NCBI RefSeq assembly: GCF_004010195.1
Contig: NC_057719.1
Span: 73,630,969 to 73,694,968 of the forward strand
Origin: Chiloscyllium plagiosum
Lineage: Eukaryota
Direction: 5' to 3'
DNA: 64,000 nt
The position numbers were made by a program, and so were the translations under genes. The notes beneath the pieces were generated by a model. It was not told the origin of the DNA. It did no database searches and saw only the letters and a list, made by a program, of their open reading frames with translations. Position 1 is the first letter of the stretch. The number at the start of each line of letters is the position of its first letter. Positions 11,960 through 24,030 of this stretch are shown here, in pieces.

Positions 11960-13290
11960 GACAGACTCACATTGTGACCATCAGATATATTAAAGTGCTT
12001 TACAGCCAATGAAATACTTTGTGAAATGTAGTGGCTGTTATAATGTTGGAAACGCAGCAGCCAAAGTGGGCTCTGCAAACTCCTAATAATAATAATGAGT
12101 GATTGACCAGTTCTTTTGATTTTTTTGATTTGTGATGTTGACTGATTGGATAGGTATTGGTCATGCCGAGGAATATTGTTGAGGGCACTCAGGTTGTGAA
12201 ATGAGTCTTTTTTGGGGAGATTCATGAATTGCTTATTCCATTGTGAGTGCTCGGTTCCTACCTGTCCTTGATAGGTTCCACACTGCTCTTAGCTTTCAGT
12301 GGACCCAAGCTTACAGCAGCCCTAGTCCAACGTGAGGTTGTAAAGGCTACAAAGGCTACATGACAGCTGATAACGAAAAAGGTTGCAGGTGTAAATGCGA
12401 TGCCCTCCGAAATACTGTGATATGGTGAAGAAGCACTCTAGGTTCATGTACACAGCCTTTGGAAAGGCAAGAACATACCCGTGATCTCTGAAGCTACTGT
12501 GACCACCCACAAAAAAGGACATAAGGCTAATTATGATGACTACAAAGGGATCTCCCTGCTGTCTGTCAGAAGGAAGGTCATTGCAAAATTCTTCCTCGGT
12601 CGTACCTTCCCAGTGGCTAAGAGCTCCTCCTGATGTGGACTCCTGTTCATCAGCACAGTAGATATGACCTTCAGAGCAACACAAAGTGCAGGGAGCAACA
12701 GGAATGTTTTTAACCACACAATAGTGTTTGACTGTCAACCAGCAAGAATACTGGAGCATTCTCCTCAAATTTGCCTGCCCATAGAAATTCTTCACTATTC
12801 TCCAACTATTGCATGAAGACATGCAAGCCGTGATTATTACTATTGGATCCACCACAGACCTGTAATCTGTGTAGACTATCACGGCAACACTCTTCCCCTG
12901 TCTTCCTTACTGCAACAATTCACCCCATGAGAAATGAGCAGGTAGAGGGTAGAGGGGTGAGTCCAGGTGGGATGCTCTTCGGAGGGTGAGTGTGGACTCG
13001 ATGGGCTGAATGGTTGCTTCCTCACTGTAGGGTTTCTATGATTTTCAGTCTTGGGCTAACTGGACAGACTATACTGGACTGGAAACAAGTTGTATTCAGC
13101 CCTGATGGGCTGCCGAAGAGAAAAGAGAAATTTGGCAGGATTCCAAGGGTAACATCCCTGCTTCTCCTTGAAATAGTGCCAAGCAATCATTACAACCTAT
13201 CTAAGCAGGCAAATGATTAACTGTCTCAAACGCAGCATCTCCAATAGTGTAGCACTCCTTCAGCACTGCACTTGAGTGGCAATTTAGTTT
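11960..13290 (-). mobile_element. Deu-domain (SacSINE1/AmnSINE-like) SINE split into 11960-12190 and 13130-13290 by younger insertions
   Basis: The gcttt-acagccaatgaa...tgtagt..ctgtt.taatg..ggaaacgc.gcagccaa block continues at 13130 with tggcagga...ccctgct...ttgaaatagtgcca. Confidence 0.6.
12380..12910 (+). mobile_element. RTE-clade LINE RT fragment
   Basis: DYKGISLLS..RKVIA and ILLKFACP*KF (consensus ..KFGCP.KF) remnants. Confidence 0.65.
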
Positions 13291-15204
13291 CTTTATAGAT
13301 GCTTTTCAAATTTATTGTTATGATCTGAGATCAGGCAAAATGGACTTGAGCTTTCGGAATCGCTGTGCTATGTTTTTTTTATAGTTGCATCACCATCAAA
13401 TTCTGACCTTGCAAAGGTGTTATCGCCCACAGTTCCTTTTCCTTTGAGAAGGAGATGTCAGGGCTGGTTAGTTATCTCTGAGTTTCTTCAATCAAATGTA
13501 CGATGCAGCCGAAGAAGTAATTAAAATTTAACAAGCATGTACGATCCTGCTTAAATGTGCTTCAGAGAATAGAGGAATACTCAATTAACAATCAGTCATT
13601 TACCATGTACTCAGCCCTGTAATATTCAGCCCATGTACCATAATGAAGGGAAACTTACTGGCTGATGGAATACTGCAGCAACCAAGATGTGCAGGATCTA
13701 TTGTGAGATGTGTACACACATTCTTATTTATAAATCATAATAATTGTCTTCTGAACCCTGCAGGGATTACATGAGATTTTTCATTATTTTGTGCTTTGCC
13801 ACTTTCAGTTTTTGTTTGCTCTGAGTCTCTTGTGTAGCGCTGCTTCAGCTAAATTCACTGAGCATGATTTAGCACAGAAGTAAATTAAAAATGCTTTCGC
13901 AGGGCCATTCCAGAAAGGCTATTTGCTGAAAAATAACCTTTAGAATTTAACAAGATCCACATGCCAATTATTGGCTTTCTGCCACTTCAGTATATATTTA
14001 GACACAAAATCTTTTGCTGTCACAGATTTCTAGCTGACCACTCTTAATGTACCTTGTCTATTTTCATTTGCTGCACCATTGTTGTATCTATGGGGGATGA
14101 AGTCTTTTACTCTCAGAGATGACAAGCCTGAAGGTGGGTAGGGCGTTGAACTGAGTTTTGGGCAGAAAAGTGCACACTCACCTTTCTGCGGGATGAGCTC
14201 CTTGACTGACTAATGAGGGATCACTTTTTATAATCTTATCCCTCAACACTGGGATTAACTGGGCTGCAGGTGGTCCTATTGCTGTTAAGTGTTCCCAATT
14301 GCTATTACTTAACTCATGCAGATCACCAGCTCAGTTTGGGGGAATGTGGGATGAGCCTGGATCAGAGACAATCACCGCCTAAGTGGGGGAGCTGACACCA
14401 GGTTGCCCGTTGGGCATCACCCCTGCCAATGCTTTTGAGATGCCCAGCCTATAAAACAAATTCCCCAGCCCTGTTGTAATGTCCTGACTCCTCCCTAATC
14501 CTGGGACTTCAGCTTGATCTTCCTCCAACAGTCATGGCCCCCTCCATAACACTGCTGCTTTCAAGAGTTGCTGGCTTCAGATCAGTGAGTCTGTCACCAG
14601 CTGTAAAGATGGCAGGCAAGATCCCCGGCGTCTCAGTAGGAGTGTGTGATGTTGCATTTCCGCAGCGTTCAAACTGTACTGTGTTTGAAAGACATAATCT
14701 GAAACAATGGGCAAGCTACTTTGCGCCTTCAAAAAGGAGTCACTGAATTGTTTTAGCAGAATACAGGTGAACCAGTGCTAAGAACTTTACTTTAACCAAA
14801 CTGGTCACCAGCTTGAATACCCCAGCTTCCCGTCATAGGATTTTGCGTCTCCCTTATCAGTCAGTGGAGACCAGAACTTTGAATTTCGTTTTGACATCAA
14901 GTGGCTAGCTCATGTCTGTTGGATTTTAGTGACCCCCTTCACCTTTGGCACACAAATCCTTGAAGCCTTTTGATCCTTCTTACTATAAGTAGGCCATTGA
15001 ACCAATGGCTCTATTTCTGTTTTATTTTTTAAAGAATATGACAATGAGAACTTTTTCCATGGGCTTAACCAGTGGGCACCATGTTAATCTGATGGTGAAG
15101 CATTTCACTACTTGTTGTGTAAGTGTGCAAAGATATGAAAATAACCATTGAGTGCTGTGTATGGTACATGTATTCTGACCCAATGAAATGGAAAGTGCTT
15201 GTCA

Positions 15205-15592
15205 TAGAGTCATAGAAAGGTACAGCATGGAAACAGACCCTTCGGTCCAACCCGTCCATGCCGACCAGATATCCCAACCCAATCTAGTCCCAGCTGCCAG
15301 CATCCGGCCCATATCCCTCCAAACCCTTCCTATTCCAATACCCATCCAAATGCATCTTAAATGTTGCAATTGTACCAGCTTCCACCACTTCCTCTGGCAG
15401 CTCATTCCATGCACGTACCACCCTCTGTGTGAAAAAGTTGCCCCTTAGGTCTCTTTTATGTCTTTCCCCTCTCACCCGAAACCTATGCCCTCTAGTTCTG
15501 GACTGCCCGACGCCAGGGAAAGGACTTTGCCTATTTACCCTATCCATGCCCCTCATAATTTTGTAAACCTCTATAAGGTCACCCCTCAGCCT
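15205..15592 (-). mobile_element. CR1/HER1 LINE 3' end, relatively young
   Basis: Minus ORF RLRGDLIEVYKIMRGMDRV...TRGHRFRVRG..FFTQRVVRAWNELPEEVV, with a (ctatgact) tail. Confidence 0.92.
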
Positions 15593-17294
15593 CAGTTTCA
15601 CAAAACAACCAATAACTACAACAAGTACACTGTTATTGAAGTAAAGGACCATGGACGGTGTCCAGTACTACATTTGTATTTAGGGATACAGAGCACACAG
15701 TAGTTTGCTGTCTGAAGTAAGAAAATACAAAAAAAAGTTCAGAATGTGTTTTCGTTTTAAGGCCATTTAATATTTAGACTTTTCTTTCACTAGAAAGTTG
15801 AGAAGTGTTCAAATATTTCTTAAGTGGAGTATTACACTCCTGAAGAAGTGAAATATTTGTGTAATCTCTCAGGTACTGTTGTATCAGACCATTTGTTTCA
15901 TTACTGCCAGCCAAAAGATGTTTTTTGTCCTGCCTGTTATATTCTTAAGATTGAATTAAAGATGGGTACTCTGTTTGTTTATACCATGTCTTCTCTCACT
16001 GGGTTGTTTGTGTCTTGACAGTAGTGCCCTGTAGTTTAACTGTCTGTAACTGTTTAAGTATCTACATTATGAATGTAGTAAGATGGCTAACTTTGTGGTT
16101 AAACTTGACGTCACCCTTTGTTAAATCAGCCTGTTTGACATGTATAGCAGAGGTAGAATTTAAACTCGAACCTTCTGACCCAGAGATAGGAACTGCACCA
16201 CAAAAACCTTAAAATCTGGAGTGAGAAGAGGTGCAGAAAACAGGATTCAAATCTATGTAGGGTGGCTCTAATGAATAGCAATACTATTGTTTCAACCAGT
16301 CAAGCATACCACAGGCCCTGATGTTACTCTTTTAAGCTGCATCTAATTAGTAGTAACGGGTAATGTGATACTTGGCAATATCTATTCCTTGAGAAATAAT
16401 GCTTGAATCTATTCCTTGTAAATTAAGCTTTTGTTTGTAGCACCAGAAAATACTGAAGTCAAGTTGGGAGTTTTCTTGACTGACCCATCTGTTAAGAAAA
16501 TAGTACCTTTTCCAGTGACATTAAGAATGAGAAAACCCACTGGAAACATCATGTCAGAATGCTTGTGTCCTTTGGCTTTTCCACAACTCAGTATTTCATA
16601 CTTACTCAACATCGATGCTGGAGACCAATTATGCTTGACCAATTGAATGCAGGAGTTTTTTAATCTGACAATTGATTATTTACTATTTAAGAAGTGTGTT
16701 TGATCCCTGTGCCATTCATTCAGGTTGAGTGTGATAATAAATGACAGATAAGCAGTTCTACAGTAGCTCATTAATTTTATCTCCCAATGGTTATACACGT
16801 ATGATTATATCTTGTGTTAGTACAAGGCACTATCTGATATCAGGCAGACTGTTACATAATGCTTCACACGTTAGCATAAGAGTTTTCACTCGCCACAACT
16901 GATTGTCATTTGTTTCCATTCATTTTTGGAAGGATGTGATTCCTGTTATAATGGGGGTGAATTACGATGCGACAATCTTGCTGAACCTGACAATAAATTC
17001 ATCCCAAGTGTGTATATTCTATTTTGTTTTAATAGAGGCCATCTCTCTTTCTGCCTCTGCCTCTTTTATTCTCCCCAATACAGAATTAACTGTATGTGCT
17101 TAAAAAATAGCCATGATCCAATCTGTTTTCATATGCTCAGTCGTTCTACAATTTTCAGATAGACTGTTTTGAAAATAGTGGGTTGAATGGATCTCAGGAT
17201 TACATACTCCTTTGTACCCTTCCATGCAACCTCCTGTTTAGAGGTAATAAATAGTGTTCTGAATAAAATTAAAACATTTTAAAGAAAAGAAAAA

Positions 17295-17700
17295 CTTTCC
17301 TTCGTGACATCAAGATGTCCTAAAGCGCTTTCCAGCTAATGAATGACTTATGAAATGTAATCTCTGTTGTAATGCAGAAAAAACAATTCGTGCACAAGGT
17401 GCCACAAACAGCAGTGAAGTAAAGGCTTTTGTGGCATCACTCAAGGAATAAGCATTGGCCATGATACTGTGGAGAATTCACGTCTTTTTATAATAGAGCC
17501 ATGTGACCTTCAGTACCCATCTCTGAGGGAAGATGACACCTTATTTTAAGGCTTCTTCTGAAAGATGGCTTTGTTGACAGTGCAGCATCCACTTGGTACT
17601 GCATTGGAGTGTCACCTTCGAGTTTACACTCCAGTCCTTGCAATGGGACGTGAACCTGGAACCTTCTAATTTCAGACAGCTATCACTGGCCACAGCTAAT
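17295..17700 (-). mobile_element. Deu-domain SINE (SacSINE1-like), near full length
   Basis: Deu core aaagcgctttccagctaatgaa...gacagtgcagca...gtactgcattggagtgtca and a tRNA-like head in reverse at 17640-17698. Confidence 0.7.
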
Positions 17701-17963
17701 ATTATGATCGTTTTCAGACAGAGAAGCAGTAAAATGGGTCTGACATAAAATTATCAAATAAGTAAACAATTATAAAAGGCACAGTTCAAATATATTTAAG
17801 TGCATTATGCATTTTAGCTTGATTAGTGGAAAGATGCATCAGCTTTTTATGTACTATTACACTTACATACATTTTCTTGATATATTAACTACTCAGACAG
17901 ATCCAGTGCTGTAATTCATTGATCAGGTGCATACCTATTGCTACTTCAATAACTAATACATTC

Positions 17964-18185
17964 TTAAAAATCACACAACACCAGGTTATAGTCCAACAGG
18001 TTTAATTGGAAGCACACTAGCTTTTGGAGCGACGCTCTTTCATCAGGTGATAGTGACTATCACCTGATGAAGGAGCGTCGTTCCGAAAGCTAGTGTGCTT
18101 CCAATTAAACCCGTTGGACTATAACCTGGTGTTGTGTGATTTTTAACTTTGTACACCCCAGTCCAACACCGACATCTCCAAATCA
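17964..18185. mobile_element. Near-perfect palindromic PLE-derived element (family B)
   Basis: 91-bp inverted arms 17964-18054 and 18056-18146 around a 1-nt centre. TSD taatacattcttaaa at 17954-17968 and 18186-18200. Confidence 0.88.
18061..18095 (+). ncRNA. Minimal type I hammerhead ribozyme motif (PLE-type)
   Basis: CAC-CUGAUGA-A-GGAGC(guc)GUUCC-GAAA-GC-UA^GUG. Stem I CAC/GUG, 5-bp stem II, palindromic AGCU at helix III. Confidence 0.7.
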
Positions 18186-18801
18186 TAATACATTCTTAAA
18201 TGCAAAAAAAGGGAACAAAAGCCCGTTTATTCATATGGAGCTGAAATTTGTTCACATGGGTGTTCTATTCCATGAAACTGGTGGGGACATTGGGCTGGAT
18301 TTTGTTTCTGACTCTGTCTCTACATGAGCTGGTAGAAGGAAGTGGGGTGGCTTACAGCTAAGTTCTTATCCCAATTGAACTCCATTGAATAGTTTCAGTC
18401 TCTCTTATTCCCATCACCTCTCACAACCCACAGCCATAGTGCTGTTCTGCTACATTGAAGGATGGATGATGATGGCCTATCCAGCTGCGAATCCCCTGAT
18501 GTAGCAAGACCACCCCTATTGTATACAGTATCACAGAACAAGATGGGTTTCTATTAGATAAGGGAGACCACATCTTTGGCTGCTATTCAATCAAAGACTG
18601 TTTGAGCCTCATTGGCTTGAACATGCTTATCCTGAATATTGGACAGGGCCTCAACATCCTGTCTCTCACCATAAAAGATTAAATGGTATTCATAATGTGT
18701 TCCCTAACCTAGCATTCGTGTCATTAGAAAATACTGGATCTCAAATGGTGTATCTCAAATTTTACCATGATAATAGAAAAGCTTGCAGTAGTATGACTAT
18801 A

Positions 18802-19008
18802 CAGTCAGTTCTTCCATAATGTGACGGTTGCATTCTTGTGCAACCCTGTATTATAGAAAAATTGCACTTTAGGAACAACACTTAGTGTTGGCAATGTAAT
18901 CGCATTGCAGCCAAAACACCTTTTGAATATTCATGCTTTAGAAACGGTGTTCCCAATCTGTCAGTTGCGTTACTGCGAATTTGCATTGATATTATAGCAG
19001 AATGACCT
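18802..19008. mobile_element. Pogo/Tigger-type MITE; a second copy lies at 28202-28379 in the opposite orientation
   Basis: TA-flanked imperfect TIRs cagtcagttcttccataat / attatagcagaatgacct. The 28202 copy starts caggtcgttctgctataac. Confidence 0.6.
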
Positions 19009-19647
19009 TAGTTCTTTCACAACTGCAGGATGTTGGAAAGGGACTATGTAGTACTCTTGACATGGAGCCACTAGTGTCATTTGAGCCTGGCCAAAGTGGT
19101 TTGCTTGTTTTTTTTTCTGAAGTATCCACGAATCATTATTTCTGTCATAAATATAAAGTATCTCCAATAATTGGTAATGATATCAGTTAGAAAACTGGCG
19201 AGGGGTGTCAGTAGCGTAAAATTAAAAGAAGTCAGTGGATGTTCTTTGAGAATATTTCTAAACTTAGATAAATATACCACTGGATGATAGTCACCAGTTT
19301 CTGTCTCAATCATGGAGTATTTATTGTGAAGTTTGACTCAGCCACACATGTTAAAAGCTATTGGTCGGTCTGTTGCTTTGTAGATACAAATGATTTTGCA
19401 TTATGTGATATAAACTGAATTATTTATGTTTAGAATATGTTGTTCAATAGTAAATATGTAGTAAAGATGACTGGGATATTGGACTTTCATATACAGTATT
19501 ATTTGACTATTTGAAGTTTCTTTTGATTAGAGTTTACTAGATTTTATATATAAATATTGTTATAATCTCTGTTGAAACCTTCACCTTAAATAAAATGAAT
19601 TTTCTATCAACCAATGCACATAAAGTGAAGAAAAGGGTAGCTCAATG

Positions 19648-20408
19648 TTTGTGAGAAGATTTGTAGCTCGGGTGCTCGTTGTTGTGGTCCTGTTCGCCGA
19701 GCTGGGAATTTGTGTTGCAGATGTTTCGTCCCCTGTCCAGGTGACATCCTCAGCGCTTGGGAGCCTCCTGTGAAGCACTTCTGTGATCTTTCCTCCGGCA
19801 TTTGTAGTGGTTTGAATCGGTTGCTTCAAACTGACAGCCAGACTACTGCGACCACTAGGACTCATTACAGCACACAAACCAACAGCCACTCTCAGATAAT
19901 ATCTCACCAGGACAAAGGACCCGATACCCAGAATGAGCAAAACCAATGTAGTGTACAAAATCCCATGCAAGGACTGCACAAAACACTACATAGAACAAAC
20001 AGGAAGACAGCTAACGATCCGCATCCATGAACACCAACTAGCCATGAAACGACACGACCAGCTATCCTTAGTAGCCACACACGCAGATGACAAGCAACAT
20101 GAATTCGACTGGGACAACACTACTATTATAGGACAAGCCAAACAGAGAACAGCCAGGGAATTCCTAGAGGCATGGCACTCATCCACAGATTCAATAAATA
20201 AGCACATTGATCTGGACCCAATATACCGACCACTGCAGCAGACAGCTGGAACTGAAAACCGGAAGTGACAGATTCAAACACCTACAAATGTCAGAGGAAA
20301 GATCACAGAAGCGCTTCACAGGAGGCTCCCAAGCACTGAGGATGTCACATAGACAGGGGACGAAACGTCTGCAACACAAATTCCCAGCTCGGCGAACAGA
20401 ACCACAAC
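19648..20408 (+). mobile_element. Penelope-like retroelement, 5'-truncated/inverted, with a GIY-YIG endonuclease remnant
   Basis: ORF 19933-20268 NVVYKIPCKDCTKHYIEQTGRQL..RIHEHQ..H.FDWDNTTII..REFLEAWH is a PLE GIY-YIG domain. Inverted repeats at about 19680-19820 and 20270-20408. 14-bp TSD agggtagctcaatg at 19634-19647 and 20409-20422. Confidence 0.92.
20333..20372 (+). ncRNA. Minimal type I hammerhead ribozyme motif in the Penelope terminal repeat
   Basis: GCA-CUGAGGA-U-GUC(loop)GAC-GAAA-CG-UC^UGC. Stem I GCA/UGC, palindromic ACGU at helix III, GUC cleavage triplet. Confidence 0.75.
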
Positions 20409-20503
20409 AGGGTAGCTCAATGGTTATCACAGTGCCTCACAGGAAAATGGCTTCGATTTGACTCTCAGGTGGAGCCTGTGTGGAATTTGCACATTCTCCC
20501 TGT

Positions 20504-21183
20504 TGTTCTGAAGATGTGGGTGTACTGTACCTTTAAGAGAGTTAAAAGCTAGCAGTGACAGCACCAAGTGGTCTCAATAAGATACAGTGTAATAGTGTAA
20601 CAACTACTGGGGTAGCTAGGATAGATGATTGCCTGGAGACAAAAACAGATTCAAATTAATTTAATTAATTTAAATTATACCCCCAAAAAAACCAAACTCC
20701 AATCAAATTTGAATTTAATATATTAGCAATCTTAAAAGCCATTGACACAATCCAATGGTTTGGGGGTTTAAGACCAGGGAAAATTGAACAATTGGGAGGA
20801 GAACTGCCAAGCCAGCACAAAAAATAGCTCTCTTAAAGGTACCTTTATCAATCAGTAACCTGTGAAGCAGAATCCCTAAGAAAAAAGAAAGAAGACCGGA
20901 ATATAGAGAAGAACCAAAAGCTGCCTGGTTTTGAGATAAGAGGTTTTGTAAATCTTAATCGGGAGGTTTTATTGTAGAAGGGGAAGGTAAAAGATAGTTA
21001 GAGGAAGGAGTTGTAAATAGTTGTTAGTTAATCATTCTCTGTTATACTTTAAGAAATAAAGTTCTTAAGTTTTACTTTAAGTAGTTCTTGGCCTCTTGAA
21101 TTTTCACAGATTACTGCACGGGATAAATCTTTTTTGTGTTGCCAGTTTAAATTAAGCAGGAAGGTTTACTCCATGTCGTAACA
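20504..21183 (+). mobile_element. Solo LTR (Gypsy-like) inserted in a tRNA SINE
   Basis: Termini tgttctga...tcgtaaca, imperfect 4-bp TSD ctgt/cttt, AATAAA at about 21055. The SINE resumes after it. Confidence 0.75.
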
Positions 21184-21419
21184 CTTTGTCTGCGTGGGTT
21201 TCACCTGGTTTCCGCCCAGTGATGTGCAGGTTAGGTGGATTGGCCATGCTAAACTGCTCAATGTGTCTAGGGCTTTGCAGGCTAGGTGTGTCAGCCATGG
21301 GAAATGCGGAGTGACTTCAGGCTGTTGGCTGGAGGGCCTGCTTCTAAACTGTAGGAATTCTATGATTGAAAAGATTTTCCATTTTAAGTCTTTTTACTAT
21401 AACAAATGCACTAAAAATG

Positions 21420-24030
21420 ATTCAGGCTTTAGATGTTTCAGGTGTCATAGAAAGGGAGGTAAAAGAGTGGGGGGGGGGGGGTTGCATTACTGATAAAGGA
21501 GTATCTCACAGCTGTACTGAGTGAGGATACATCAGAGGACTCATGCAGCAGGGCAATGTGAGTAGAACTCAGGAATAGGAAAGGCGAGATCACAATACAG
21601 GCTGCCCAACAGCCAGCAGGTGATAGAGGAGAGAATATCCAGACAGATTTTGGAAAGATGTAAAAATAGCAGGGATGTTGTGGTGGTTGATTTTAACTTC
21701 CCTGTTTGACTGGGACTCACTCTGGGGGTTTGGATGGGGCGGAATGTGTAAGAATGATTCAGGAGGGATTCTTGCCGCAATATTGAAACAGTCCAACCAG
21801 GGAAGTGGTTATTACTGGACCTGGTTTTAGTAAATGAGCCCGGCTAGATGAATGAAGTTTCAGTGGAGGAGCAGTTTGGGAGTAGCGACTATGTTTTAAG
21901 ATACTCATGGATAGGGATAACAGCAGTCTTTGGGTGAATGTGTTAAATTGGAGGAAGGTGAACTACAACCATATTAGGCAGGGACTGGAGAACTTTGATG
22001 GGAGGCGGTCGTTTGAGGGTAAATCAACATCTGATATCTGGGGGTGTTTCAAACGGCAGTTGTGAAGAGTTCAGGAGCGGCATCTACCTTTGAGAATGAA
22101 GGATAGGTATGGCAAGTTAGGTGAGCCTGAGATTCCCAGGAATGTTGTGACCTTAGAAAGAAAAAGGAAGCATACAAAAGGTCTAGGAGGATGAGAAGCC
22201 GAAACCTGTGAAGTATATAAGGAAAGTAGGAAAGAACTTAAACAAGGAATTAGAAGGGTTAAAAGAGATCATGAAAAGTCATTAGCAAACAGGATTAAGG
22301 AGAATCCCAAGGCTTTTTATACATATTTAAGAACAAGAGGGTAACCAGGGAAAGGGTTGGTCCACTGAAGAACAAAGGAGGGAACCTGTGTAGAGCTAGA
22401 AAAGTTAGGTGAAGTCCCCAATGAACCAGCGACAAGGAATTAGTGGAGGATGATCTCAGGGAAGGAAGAAATGTTGTGTGTCTTAGAAAGTATTAAGGTA
22501 GATATGTCCCCAGTTCCTAGTGGGATCTATCCCAGAATATTGAGGGTGGCAAGAGAACAAATTGCTGGAGCATTTTGTATCCTCTTTGGCCACAGGTGAA
22601 GTCCCAGGGGACTGAAGAATAGCCAATGTTGTCCCACTATTTAAGAAGGGTAGTAGGGACAATCCTGGAAGTTACAGGCCTGTGAGTATCACATCGGTGG
22701 TAGGGAAATTATTGGAAAAGATTCTCAGGGACAAGATCTATGTGCATTCAGAGGCAAATGGACTTATTAGTGATAGACAACGTGGTTTTGTGGGGGTGGG
22801 GGGGAGGGGAGTGGTCGGGGAGGGGGGTGGAGGGGATTGTGCCTCACTAACTCGTTTGGATTTTTTGAGGTGGTGACAAAGCTGATTGAAGGATAAGTGG
22901 TTGATGTTGTCCACATGGACAACAGTAAAGCGTTTTGTCCCAGTAAAAAAGGCAAAATCACATGGTATCAGGAGTAAGGTGGCAAGATAGATATAGAACT
23001 AGCTTAGCCATAGGAGGCTGAGGGTAGTGGTGGAAGGATGCTTTTCAGAATGGAGGGCTGAGAGCGTTCCACAGGGATCAATGCTAGGATCTCCGCTGTT
23101 TGTAATCTACAGCATGATTTCGAGGAAAATGTAGCTGGTCTAATTAGTAAGTTTGCCAACAACACAAAGATTGGTGGAGCTGCTGATAGTGAGGAAGATT
23201 GTCAGGGAATACAGTAGGATTTGATCAGTTGGAGGCAGGGGCAGAAAAATGGCAGATGAAGTTTAATGCGGACAAATATGAGGTGATATATTTAGCAAGT
23301 CAAGTACAAGTGGAAATTATACAGTGTATGACAGAATGCTTATGCGTATTGCTATGCAGAGAGATCTGGGTGTACAGCTCTCCAGATCACCAAAGGTGGC
23401 AGCGCAGCTAGATAAGGTAGTAAAAAAGGCTTATGTTATGCTTGCCTTCATTGGAAGCAGCATTGAGTATAATTATAGACAAGATATGCTGCAGCTTTAT
23501 GAGAACTTTAGTTTGGCTACACTTGGAATATTGCGCACAGTTCTGATCACCACGCTACCAGAAGGATGTGGATGCTTTGGAGAGAGTACAGAAAAGGTTT
23601 ACCAGAACGGTGGATTTTAACTATGCAGAAAGGCTGGGTACACTGGTTTCATTTTCACTGGAGTGCAGGAGTGTGAGGAGCAACTTGTTAGAAGTCTATA
23701 AGACTGTGAATGGCATGGATAGAGTGGAAGGTATGCATCTTTTTTCCCCAAGGTGATGGGTCGTTACTAGGGGACACAGATCAAAGTACGAGGGGAGAAG
23801 TTTAAAAGAGGTGTGAGAGGCACGTTTTTCACATAAATGATGATGAGTGTCTGGAACATGCTGCCAGAGGAGGTGGTGGAAGCAGACACAATAGCAGCAT
23901 CCAAGAAGCACCTGGACAATACATGAATGGGAAGGGATATGGATCCTTTAAGTGAAGACAGTTTCAGTATGGAAGGCCTAAATGTGTAAGCACAGGCTTG
24001 GAGGGCTGAAGGGCCTGTTCTTGTACGGTT
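21420..24030 (+). mobile_element. CR1-clade LINE, long degenerate ORF2 (endonuclease to RT to tail)
   Basis: Motifs DFNFP, LDLVL.NEPG, SPVPSGIYPRIL, YRPVSITSVVGKLLEKILRD and LERVQKRFTR. Confidence 0.9.

Noticed and set aside
12322..12882. 186-aa minus-strand ORF
   Set aside because: Antisense to a degenerate RTE LINE fragment, with no recognisable domain.
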